Made by a program: the position numbers and the translations under genes. From the IMG/VR virus record IMGVR_UViG_3300026488_000025, positions 1 through 64,000 of that record: a stretch of DNA of 64,000 bases; one strand, given 5' to 3'. The notes below the pieces were generated by a model. That model was given only the letters and a program-made list of their open reading frames with translations, was not told the DNA's origin and ran no database searches. Origin of the DNA: a virus. Of the stretch, positions 1-7,908 are shown piece after piece (position 1 is the first letter of the stretch; each line of letters starts with the position of its first letter).

Positions 1-20
1 TTTATTATAGGAGTTCTACA

Positions 21-761
21 ATGAACCACTACACATACGAAATCACAAAAATATCAATACAAAAGCACTACATAGGTACTCGCTCATCAAAAATCGAACC
101 TGAGCAAGATATAGGGTATATATACTTTTCCTCTAGCACAGATAAAGAGTTTATGCAAGACCAGAAGACCAACCCATCAGATTACATCTATAATGTGCTT
201 TCTAAATTCAATACACGAGAAGAAGCAATACAACACGAAATAGATTTACATAAAGAGTTCAATGTAGGAGTAAATGAGAATTACTTCAATAAAGTAAGAC
301 AAACATCCACTGGTTTCAATTCTGGTGGAATACCAAAGAACACTGCACACAAACAATTAATATCAGATTCCAATAAACGCACAAAAAATTCAGATGAATG
401 GAAGAATAGTGTAGGTAAAATAACAAGAAGCAAGCTGGTTATAGCGACAAAGAAATTGTGGGAGAATAGAGAGTATAGAGAGAAACAAATAAATTCGCAT
501 AAAGGTAAATGCACGGGTTTGATGCATAGTACCAATAAACCCATTGGCATATATAACGAATTTGGAGAACATATCTTTACTGTCCTATACGATATAGTTG
601 GTAGTTTGGATTTACTAGGATACCCAGGTAAACAATTCCAATCCACATTATATAGGGGTACGAAACTCTATTCTAGCAATAGAGAGTGTGACATAGGTAA
701 ATACAAAAATAGCAAATATTATTACCTAAAAGGTTGGTATGCTAAACATTTAAAGAGTTAA
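21..761 (+). CDS. Free-standing GIY-YIG-like (Seg-type) homing endonuclease
   Basis: N-terminal YTYEIT...HYIG motif, YFSSS and a conserved E/N (AIQHEIDLH...NENYFNK). RBS ATAGGAG. Antisense to the ligase fragment, overlapping its end. Confidence 0.75.
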   Translation: MNHYTYEITKISIQKHYIGTRSSKIEPEQDIGYIYFSSSTDKEFMQDQKTNPSDYIYNVLSKFNTREEAIQHEIDLHKEFNVGVNENYFNKVRQTSTGFNSGGIPKNTAHKQLISDSNKRTKNSDEWKNSVGKITRSKLVIATKKLWENREYREKQINSHKGKCTGLMHSTNKPIGIYNEFGEHIFTVLYDIVGSLDLLGYPGKQFQSTLYRGTKLYSSNRECDIGKYKNSKYYYLKGWYAKHLKS

Positions 762-1530
762 TCAAACCGTTTGATATACTTCTAGGTAGTACTTTATTGT
801 CGCTATTTAGAATTTTTTCCAATTCTTTGATGGTTTCTGGAGATTTCTTATATAATTCAGAAAGATGTTCAAATAATGGTTCATCTAAAACAATAGTTAA
901 TTCTCCGATTAACACATACCCATCTATTTCCATTGTTTTTATATCAGATTCAATCAACGGAAATTCTTGTTCTTCGCCGCTTCTTGACATCATAACAGTA
1001 TTAGAAGGTTCGCATATAGCACTTCTGTATTGCCCATCCATTTTACATTGAGAATAAACTTTCTGATTAAAGTCGATGTTCTTTTCAACATTTTTCTTCG
1101 TACCAATATCACATCTTTCATATGGTGGTTTAACGATAAGGCCTTTCCATACTTTGTTGGCAGTTGTACGACCTACATTTACTTTTAAATCACGACCTAT
1201 AATCTTCTCTATGATGATAGCATCTGATTCTGATACACAACTAAGAATATATTCTAAGCGTTCGATAGCCTTGTTGCCTGTTACTGCTCGTGTACAAAAT
1301 TCATTCTCTAAGATGTCAAGTGCATTTATTAATGAAATAGGACGACCTGATTGAGGTGTGTAGTTGATGTTCTTCATACTGATATTATATGTATGCGAAA
1401 CTTTGTCTAATGCCATTTTGAATAATCTTTTTACTGTGTCATTGTCTTGGTATTTCTTCAATACACCTAGTTTGTAGTTAGAACCATTTTCTAAATTAAG
1501 TTCTTCTAATATTTCAGTCATTTCTTTCAT
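742..1530 (-). CDS. ATP-dependent DNA ligase (gp30-like), N-terminal part only
   Basis: T4-ligase-like N-terminus (NGSNYKLGVLKK; IIGRDLKVNVG), adenylation motif KMDG and RSISNGLIN. The ORF stops before the remaining motifs and the OB domain. Confidence 0.8.
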   Translation of the reverse strand: MKEMTEILEELNLENGSNYKLGVLKKYQDNDTVKRLFKMALDKVSHTYNISMKNINYTPQSGRPISLINALDILENEFCTRAVTGNKAIERLEYILSCVSESDAIIIEKIIGRDLKVNVGRTTANKVWKGLIVKPPYERCDIGTKKNVEKNIDFNQKVYSQCKMDGQYRSAICEPSNTVMMSRSGEEQEFPLIESDIKTMEIDGYVLIGELTIVLDEPLFEHLSELYKKSPETIKELEKILNSDNKVLPRSISNGLINSLNV

Positions 1531-1541
1531 TGAGTATCCTT

Positions 1542-1580
1542 TTCTCTTTATATGTAATATTATAACATATCTTTACTTAA
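1542..1580 (-). promoter_or_regulatory. Early sigma70-type promoter cassette (TTAAG...TGTTATAAT-ATTACATATAAAGAGA), representative copy
   Basis: The same motif recurs upstream of many minus-strand genes (near 3204, 4220, 5905, 6883, 20941, 29042, 31166, 32770, 33520, 34325, 35595, 40568, 49800, 52510, 54603, 55958). Confidence 0.85.
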
Positions 1581-1587
1581 AGCCTTC

Positions 1588-1800
1588 TTAACTTATGGTA
1601 CAAGAGCCAGAATTGTCTTCTTTTTTATATTTTATCATAGCTTGAGCAAAGCGCTTTTCATAATCGTATTGTTTATCTACTGTCCTAGATAGGCTCACCC
1701 CACCTTGTGGTATGTAACCCTCTTTGATTTTATTCATCACTTCCTGCACCAGATATTTTTTTATGTCATCTGATAATATGATATAATCTTCTATTTCCAT
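1588..1800 (-). CDS. Small hypothetical protein (DUF1737-like)
   Basis: Pattern V..KIKEGYIPQGGVS...FAQAMIK. Confidence 0.55.
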   Translation of the reverse strand: MEIEDYIILSDDIKKYLVQEVMNKIKEGYIPQGGVSLSRTVDKQYDYEKRFAQAMIKYKKEDNSGSCTIS

Positions 1801-2252
1801 TACAGCTCCAATCGGTCAAAAATTTGAGTGTCATTAACAGAATCTAACGGCGTTAAACCTAATTCCCACTCACCAGGCCAAATACTATGAATAGCTCTAC
1901 CTTCTGTTTGTGCTGGACTACCCCAACCACATTGGCTTAAACCGTATTCGCATATATGCATCACATCCATTCTATCGTGAGGAACCATATCACCATTTAA
2001 TCTATAACCAGCATATTTGAGTGAATTATAATGTGATAGAGTACTGACCATATAATCACCCTCTTTGGGTTCAATGAGATTTACTTGTTTACCAGAACGA
2101 ACTGTGGAACCCTTTATTCTATATTTTTCTGCCTGTTGTGCTTCTTTAATTTCTCTTTTTCTAGCAGCAGAAGTGTCGTTGAGAAATGCAGTGTTATCTA
2201 TTTCAAACATTATTTCTTTCCTTTGAATAGGTTTATGTCGTTTATAGTACAC
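1800..2252 (-). CDS. Hypothetical protein (start probably near 2210)
   Basis: ORF packed in the minus-strand operon. Confidence 0.55.
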   Translation of the reverse strand: MYYKRHKPIQRKEIMFEIDNTAFLNDTSAARKREIKEAQQAEKYRIKGSTVRSGKQVNLIEPKEGDYMVSTLSHYNSLKYAGYRLNGDMVPHDRMDVMHICEYGLSQCGWGSPAQTEGRAIHSIWPGEWELGLTPLDSVNDTQIFDRLEL

Positions 2253-2578
2253 CTTGATGTACTAAATGAGTTTCCCGGTATAAGAGAACCATTAGCATCT
2301 GTGCTACGAATAAGCAAATGGTCATCATCATACATATCAGGAATTATTTTGTATTCATTCTTCTTATAAACCCTATAATCGTATGAATCCCCTGCTTGAC
2401 ATATTACTTCTGGATAGTTTAGTCCAATAACCATAGAGATATTCAAATCTTTTCTATCGTTATCTGATTCTTTTGACCAATCATACATAAACCCAATAAC
2501 AACTAACTGAATTGCCATAATAATCCACATTGAATTCCATAATTTTCTATTTACTCTTACATCTTCTGAAGGTCTCAT
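2210..2578 (-). CDS. Hypothetical membrane-anchored protein
   Basis: One N-terminal hydrophobic helix; AGGA RBS. Confidence 0.55.
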   Translation of the reverse strand: MRPSEDVRVNRKLWNSMWIIMAIQLVVIGFMYDWSKESDNDRKDLNISMVIGLNYPEVICQAGDSYDYRVYKKNEYKIIPDMYDDDHLLIRSTDANGSLIPGNSFSTSRCTINDINLFKGKK

Positions 2579-2588
2579 TTCCTTTCCT

Positions 2589-2984
2589 TTATAACTGAAG
2601 AGCAGGATATTGCTCTAATTTTTGTTGAAAACTATCAGAAAAATATAATTCCAAATCCTGATGCCATTCTTTCTCGTATCGGTTATTTTTAGTGTACTGC
2701 TCCTTGTGGAAAGCGTACCAAGACAACCAGCTTTGTATTGCTTCATACTCTGATTCATAAAGACCGTCGCCGATGTATTTCGTACAGAAATGGCCATATT
2801 TCTTTCGTTGTGCTACTTCATTATCTGGATGAGATTTCATACCATAATGATATTTTTCTTCAGTCTTATAATATGACCATCGGTCTTCATCAGGACAAGG
2901 GTTAAGCAATTCTGTGAGTGTGTAGGTGTGTAATCCGTTTGAATTCATACTGTAATAAATTTTACCTAGTAAATTCTTATGCAT
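2589..2984 (-). CDS. Hypothetical protein, C-terminal xPxLxL family (YPALQL)
   Basis: ORF track; C-terminal motif shared with 8 other ORFs. Confidence 0.6.
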   Translation of the reverse strand: MHKNLLGKIYYSMNSNGLHTYTLTELLNPCPDEDRWSYYKTEEKYHYGMKSHPDNEVAQRKKYGHFCTKYIGDGLYESEYEAIQSWLSWYAFHKEQYTKNNRYEKEWHQDLELYFSDSFQQKLEQYPALQL

Positions 2985-3190
2985 TATAGACCTCTTACAG
3001 CATTATCTATATCTATTTGTAAATCATCATCTTCCAAATGTTGGAATGTGATTTGCCAGATTGCTCTAAGTGTACTTGCTTCGATGAAATCTACCAAAGT
3101 ATCTACATCTATTTCATCCTTTCTAAATCTTATTAATGCTTTCTCTGATTTTACAATTTCCAAATCTACTATATTTTGATACTCATCCAT
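2984..3190 (-). CDS. Hypothetical protein
   Basis: Follows an early promoter; has an RBS. Confidence 0.6.
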   Translation of the reverse strand: MDEYQNIVDLEIVKSEKALIRFRKDEIDVDTLVDFIEASTLRAIWQITFQHLEDDDLQIDIDNAVRGL

Positions 3191-3288
3191 CTTATCTTTC
3201 CTTATCTCTTTATATGTAGTATTATAACATAAGCAACCTTAGAGGCTACTTAAAATGACTAAAAATACTTAAATAAGAACATTAAATG

Positions 3289-4179
3289 TTATTCATTAGA
3301 TAAGAAGTAAAGTGCCATATTTTCCCAATCGTTTGGAAACTCTTCACGGACGGCAATAAGTTTTAACATACTTCTCATTGATAGAGCAGTACTATAATCT
3401 TTATTTTTCTTGATAAATTCAAGAACTTCTTTTTTGATTTTAATATCAGTATTTGGTGAAATATCTACTACAATATCTTCCATTCTCTCAATTTTTTCAT
3501 CTAATTCCATTGAAACATCTACCATCAGACTACGAGTTTTTAGTGCTGAATCAAGTTTATTACTTCTAAGGTTACTAATAAAGATAACACTACCAGTAAA
3601 GTCAAATGAATCAGGTAAATCAGATGGAATAAATCCTTCTTGTAACCAAGATATAGTTCTCTTTGAATAAGAATCTAATGCTGCTTTAAGAATGTTAAGA
3701 GCAACAGTATCTTTAAGAATCGAATCAGTATCATCGAATACTAATGTTCTATCACGATTTTCCCATAATTTTCTGTATAATGCTTTAGGTGTCATATAAC
3801 CTTTAACGATTACATAATCTTCACCTTCAATTTTCATACAACCGTTTGATAAAGTATCGAGAACACAATATGATTTACCCATACCAGCGTCTCCTGCGAT
3901 AACAGCAGATGGTAAGATACCAAGACCAACCATTTTAACAGATTTCTCCATAATATCAAATCTCTCTGCTACTGTGAACTCTGCTACTTTTGTAGGTACA
4001 TAATTTTGCGTATTAACGGCAGTCTTTGAGAATTCCTCAACGATGAACCATCCACGACTTTGAACATAAGAAACTAAAGTATCTTTATCTTTTCTACGAG
4101 CAAATACTCCACCAGTCTTACGAAACGCTGTGAACTCATTATCAACTTTACTGATTGTTACTTCTTTAATTTGTGCCAT
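3289..4179 (-). CDS. AAA+ family ATPase
   Basis: Walker A GDAGMGKS, Walker B LVFDDTD, sensor VIFISN and arginine-finger region ALKTRS. Confidence 0.8.
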   Translation of the reverse strand: MAQIKEVTISKVDNEFTAFRKTGGVFARRKDKDTLVSYVQSRGWFIVEEFSKTAVNTQNYVPTKVAEFTVAERFDIMEKSVKMVGLGILPSAVIAGDAGMGKSYCVLDTLSNGCMKIEGEDYVIVKGYMTPKALYRKLWENRDRTLVFDDTDSILKDTVALNILKAALDSYSKRTISWLQEGFIPSDLPDSFDFTGSVIFISNLRSNKLDSALKTRSLMVDVSMELDEKIERMEDIVVDISPNTDIKIKKEVLEFIKKNKDYSTALSMRSMLKLIAVREEFPNDWENMALYFLSNE

Positions 4180-4271
4180 TTTTGAAACCTTTAAGTTAAT
4201 TTTGAAAGATGTTAGTCTTTCTCTTTATATGTAGTATTATAACATATCATAGCTTACAGCTTACTTAAATA

Positions 4272-4457
4272 TCAAAAATTACTTTCAATTTGTACTTTAA
4301 TTTGTTTGGTTTCGTTTTCAACTCGTTTTAAATGATTAATAGCATCAGTGGTGCTATGGGTTTCGTAATAATCATCTATATTTTCTAAAATTTCATCGTG
4401 TAGAGCTAAAGACCAATTACATCTGAGGTCTTGTAGCATTATATCTAAGAATTTCAT
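4272..4457 (-). CDS. Hypothetical protein
   Basis: ORF coupled to the upstream gene. Confidence 0.5.
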   Translation of the reverse strand: MKFLDIMLQDLRCNWSLALHDEILENIDDYYETHSTTDAINHLKRVENETKQIKVQIESNF

Positions 4458-5221
4458 TATTTTACCTTATTAGGGTCTAATGCTGATAAATCTGATTGTT
4501 CAACTACACCTAGATATTTTAGACCTAAATCTTCGATAGGTTTCTTAGAAGCGAGACCAAGCGTATAAACACCTTTGATTTTAATATTATTTGTTACCAC
4601 TTCATTGTAGTTTAGACCTTCTGTATTATTCTTTAAGTGAGCATTAAGGAGTTTGTAATTTTTCTCTATTAATCTTTCAGCCATTTGATGATACCACTTT
4701 ATTAGAACACCTCTATCCTTTTTCATCATATATGAAATCGTTTCTATCGTATGCGTATCAGAATTTTCGTCCTCAATAGATTCATACCCTAGTTTAAATA
4801 TTTTATCTTTTAAAGAAGAGATTAACATTGCTTTAAGCTTGTCGCCTTCTTTTGAGTCACCTGGTCTAAAAGATAACCATCTACGACCACCTTGTTCTAA
4901 ATGAGTCCACAAATCTGATTCACCCTCTAATACAATATCACCTTCAAGAACCACAATAAATTCAGGTTTGATGACAATTTTTGTGAGAAGATTCGTACCA
5001 CCCTTAGTGAAAGCAGAAATCTGCTTCTTTTTACCTTGAAGCTTTATGAGATTCTTTAAACCCCTGACATCAGTAGCGTGGAACATATTGCTTTCGTATT
5101 TGTAACCTAATCTATCCATTACAGTCGATGTAAGGGGTAGAGCACCGATAGCCATTAATTGAGCAGGTTTATACATCGATTGTGATGCATCTTCAGTAAA
5201 AAAGTCTTTAAAATTTTTCAT
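4457..5221 (-). CDS. Hypothetical late protein, possible internal head protein
   Basis: Late promoter upstream. N-terminus MKNFKDFFTE resembles the T4 capsid-targeting sequence. Confidence 0.55.
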   Translation of the reverse strand: MKNFKDFFTEDASQSMYKPAQLMAIGALPLTSTVMDRLGYKYESNMFHATDVRGLKNLIKLQGKKKQISAFTKGGTNLLTKIVIKPEFIVVLEGDIVLEGESDLWTHLEQGGRRWLSFRPGDSKEGDKLKAMLISSLKDKIFKLGYESIEDENSDTHTIETISYMMKKDRGVLIKWYHQMAERLIEKNYKLLNAHLKNNTEGLNYNEVVTNNIKIKGVYTLGLASKKPIEDLGLKYLGVVEQSDLSALDPNKVK

Positions 5222-5240
5222 ATAATCTCTCGTTTACTGA

Positions 5241-5252
5241 TATTTATAAATA
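5241..5252. promoter_or_regulatory. Palindromic bidirectional T4-type late promoter TATTTATAAATA
   Basis: TATAAATA reads on both strands. Confidence 0.65.
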
Positions 5253-5348
5253 CTAGTGAAAATACATCAAAGGAGAACATTTAATGCATCAAGTGAACGA
5301 AAGCATTGGAGATTTAGATTGGGATTCTAAATCAACACTAAGCACCTA

Positions 5349-5882
5349 CTAGAACCAAGCGAGAACTTTATCGTTAGTGAGTTCAATATAACCATCTACA
5401 TACTCATTAGCTTCAGGAAAATCATCTACATCCATAATAGCTCTGTTTTTTCTATCAGCAAATGCTAAGGCTAATTTATCATCTGAAATCTTAACGAATG
5501 ACTTTTTACTTACCATTACATCTTCAAACATACCCTTAATCTTATTAATGTAGTTTTTTGTGATGACTGGTTGAACATCTTCCAATCCAGCAGAATTATA
5601 TACAACTTTATCTTCATCTTCAAAATATTCTGATAATTCAGATTTTACAAACGATTTAGGTACTAGACCAGATAAATCAGAAAGCTCTTGCTCATCGATT
5701 ACTTTTTGAATATAAGCAGGTAGAACTAAACATTCTGTGTGTAATAATGTTATACCACCAAATTTCTTATAGTCAATACCTTCTTGCATCCATTCTTCAT
5801 TGATAAGCATACTAATGTTTGCAATGTGAAAGTTACCTTTTTCCGCTAGTTCTGAGCCTAATACATATTTTTCTAAATTCAT
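5349..5882 (-). CDS. Hypothetical protein
   Basis: 177-aa ORF with its own early promoter and RBS. Confidence 0.65.
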   Translation of the reverse strand: MNLEKYVLGSELAEKGNFHIANISMLINEEWMQEGIDYKKFGGITLLHTECLVLPAYIQKVIDEQELSDLSGLVPKSFVKSELSEYFEDEDKVVYNSAGLEDVQPVITKNYINKIKGMFEDVMVSKKSFVKISDDKLALAFADRKNRAIMDVDDFPEANEYVDGYIELTNDKVLAWF

Positions 5883-5938
5883 TTCTTAATCCTTGTTTAT
5901 TGTTGAAGTATTATAACATAAGTTACCTTTAGGTAACC

Positions 5939-6661
5939 TTAAAGTGCCAAATGAGGGTAACATTCTTTGATATACTCATCGATTAAATTCTCCCCATCTA
6001 GGTAAGAATAATAACGCCCGCCATAGCTATAAAATCCAAATAAATCATCGAATGTAGTGCCACCTTCAGCTAGAGGCCCTAAGCGATATTCTGAGCGTTC
6101 TACCAAGAATGCACCTCTTTTTTCATCATACGAAACGGTTTCTAGGGATGCTCCACTCATCGTGTAGAGTATATCATCGATTATTTTTGTCTTTAAGGTT
6201 GCTTTAAGGTATTTTGTTCTGTATTCTTCTAAGATGCTGTCGTACAGCGATAACAACTGCTTAATAAATTCATTACAATTGCTTATACAGTAGAATCCGA
6301 TTTCTTCTTCAGGTTGTGATGCAGTTGAGATTTCTCCATTCATTGTCGGTTTAGCTCTATCTCTAGGTGTGACCATCATAATATCACAATAAATGTCATT
6401 ATACGATTCTTTTAGTAAAGGCATTGTCATCGTTAAAATATCAATTTCTCTGTGGATAGCAAACATACTGCTTACTCCATCAAGCAAAGGTTTCTTTTGT
6501 TTGCGAGTAATATAATCCTCAAAGGAATTATTAAGGTACAAATGCTTTCTCACAAGGCTGTATTTCTCACCTAGCATTTTGTAGTTCGCCGTTAAATAGT
6601 TATGAAATATTATTTGTTCTCTATAAGAAGATATAATTTCCAGTTTTTCTTCTTTCTTCAT
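5939..6661 (-). CDS. Hypothetical protein, C-terminal xPxLxL family (YPHLAL)
   Basis: ORF track; shared C-terminal motif. Confidence 0.6.
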   Translation of the reverse strand: MKKEEKLEIISSYREQIIFHNYLTANYKMLGEKYSLVRKHLYLNNSFEDYITRKQKKPLLDGVSSMFAIHREIDILTMTMPLLKESYNDIYCDIMMVTPRDRAKPTMNGEISTASQPEEEIGFYCISNCNEFIKQLLSLYDSILEEYRTKYLKATLKTKIIDDILYTMSGASLETVSYDEKRGAFLVERSEYRLGPLAEGGTTFDDLFGFYSYGGRYYSYLDGENLIDEYIKECYPHLAL

Positions 6662-6870
6662 TATATCTCCTCCATTTCTTTAAGTCGTTCATCTGCCATT
6701 TTCTTCATTCGCTTTAAAGTTGATACCTCTAAAGCATAGTCATCCCATTCTTTAGATACACTTAACGAATATTTCATAAGCTTGTCTGCCATTCTATCAT
6801 CACTAGTTTCTTCTATCATTTCTTTAAACAATGTAAATATTTTTGAATCTGTTATCTCTAAGTATGCCAT
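6661..6870 (-). CDS. Hypothetical protein
   Basis: Early promoter and RBS upstream. Confidence 0.6.
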   Translation of the reverse strand: MAYLEITDSKIFTLFKEMIEETSDDRMADKLMKYSLSVSKEWDDYALEVSTLKRMKKMADERLKEMEEI

Positions 6871-6940
6871 TTGTTATCCTTTTCTCTTTATATACACTAT
6901 TATAACATATAAATACTTAGAGATAACTTAAAGGGATATA

Positions 6941-7450
6941 ATGCTAGAAGAATTAAAAAATAAAGATTTAAAAGCACTCAAGGAAAAATGGCACACGGAA
7001 CAGAATAATATTTGTCCTATATTAAAGCAAGAATTCTTATTGGAAGAAATGGTTCTCGACCACCAACATAAATTGAAAGCAGAAGAACCTGATGAGAGTG
7101 GTAAAGGAATATGTCGTGGTTCAATTCAGAGATTTGCTAATGCATTAGAGGGAAAGATTGTAAATAATTTTAAGAGAATGGGTTTAGGAAAATTTATTGA
7201 TTTACCTACATTCTTGAGGAATCTAGCTGATTACTTAGAAGAAAATCATATACAAGATGAAATCAAGTACATACACCCTACGGAAGTCCGTAGAGAACCT
7301 AAGATGTCAAAGAGAAATTATAAAAAGTTGGCGAAAGAATATCACCTATCTGGAAAAAAAGCGAAATTTCCTGAATTCCCAAAGAGTGGAAAAGTTACAG
7401 TAAAACTTCGTTCGTTATTTAAGGAATTTGACATTCCTCCGTTTAATTGA
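6941..7450 (+). CDS. Recombination endonuclease VII (gp49-like)
   Basis: CPIL...VLDHQH...CRG...NALEGK EndoVII signature. Confidence 0.8.
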   Translation: MLEELKNKDLKALKEKWHTEQNNICPILKQEFLLEEMVLDHQHKLKAEEPDESGKGICRGSIQRFANALEGKIVNNFKRMGLGKFIDLPTFLRNLADYLEENHIQDEIKYIHPTEVRREPKMSKRNYKKLAKEYHLSGKKAKFPEFPKSGKVTVKLRSLFKEFDIPPFN

Positions 7451-7480
7451 TATATTATATCATAAAGGTGCTTAACTACC

Positions 7481-7536
7481 TAAGTTAATAAATTTTGTTG
7501 ATATTAGTACTCGGATTAACAAAATTTATTAACTTA
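7481..7536. terminator. 19-bp perfect inverted repeat between convergent genes (likely bidirectional terminator)
   Basis: TAAGTTAATAAATTTTGTT / AACAAAATTTATTAACTTA. Confidence 0.6.
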
Positions 7537-7908
7537 AAGCACTAAATCAGGCCATCGGTCAGCCCAACCATCGAAATAACGAATCTGCCAAATAGCTAGT
7601 TCATCTTCGTTGAGTCTGTTTGTAACTGATTCCATAATGTGTGCAGCAAGTTCTCTCTCGGTTTCAAAAATAAATGTTCTTGTATCCATAGATGAAGCAA
7701 TTTGAATCGATGTTTTTTGTTGGTGTTTGTCTTGACCTATTAATGGTAAGAACTCGAGGTTTAATGTTTCATTATTCAAATCATAAGAGTAACTAAAATT
7801 ACTTAAAGCTTTTACTCTTATAATACTATTCTCCATAAACCAAAATAATTTCTTTGACTTTACAAGAGCAATTAGCTCTGTTCTATCTGTACCTAGTGTA
7901 ATTTTCAT
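7534..7908 (-). CDS. Hypothetical protein, C-terminal xPxLxL family (WPDLVL)
   Basis: ORF track; shared C-terminal motif. Confidence 0.6.
   Translation of the reverse strand: MKITLGTDRTELIALVKSKKLFWFMENSIIRVKALSNFSYSYDLNNETLNLEFLPLIGQDKHQQKTSIQIASSMDTRTFIFETERELAAHIMESVTNRLNEDELAIWQIRYFDGWADRWPDLVL

Noticed and set aside
281-1354. Antisense ORFs over the endonuclease and ligase, and similar shadow ORFs throughout (e.g. 25794-26273, 39321-39752, 59047-63585)
   Set aside because: They lie opposite well-supported genes, have the Ser/Leu/Ile-rich composition typical of antisense frames, and lack an RBS.
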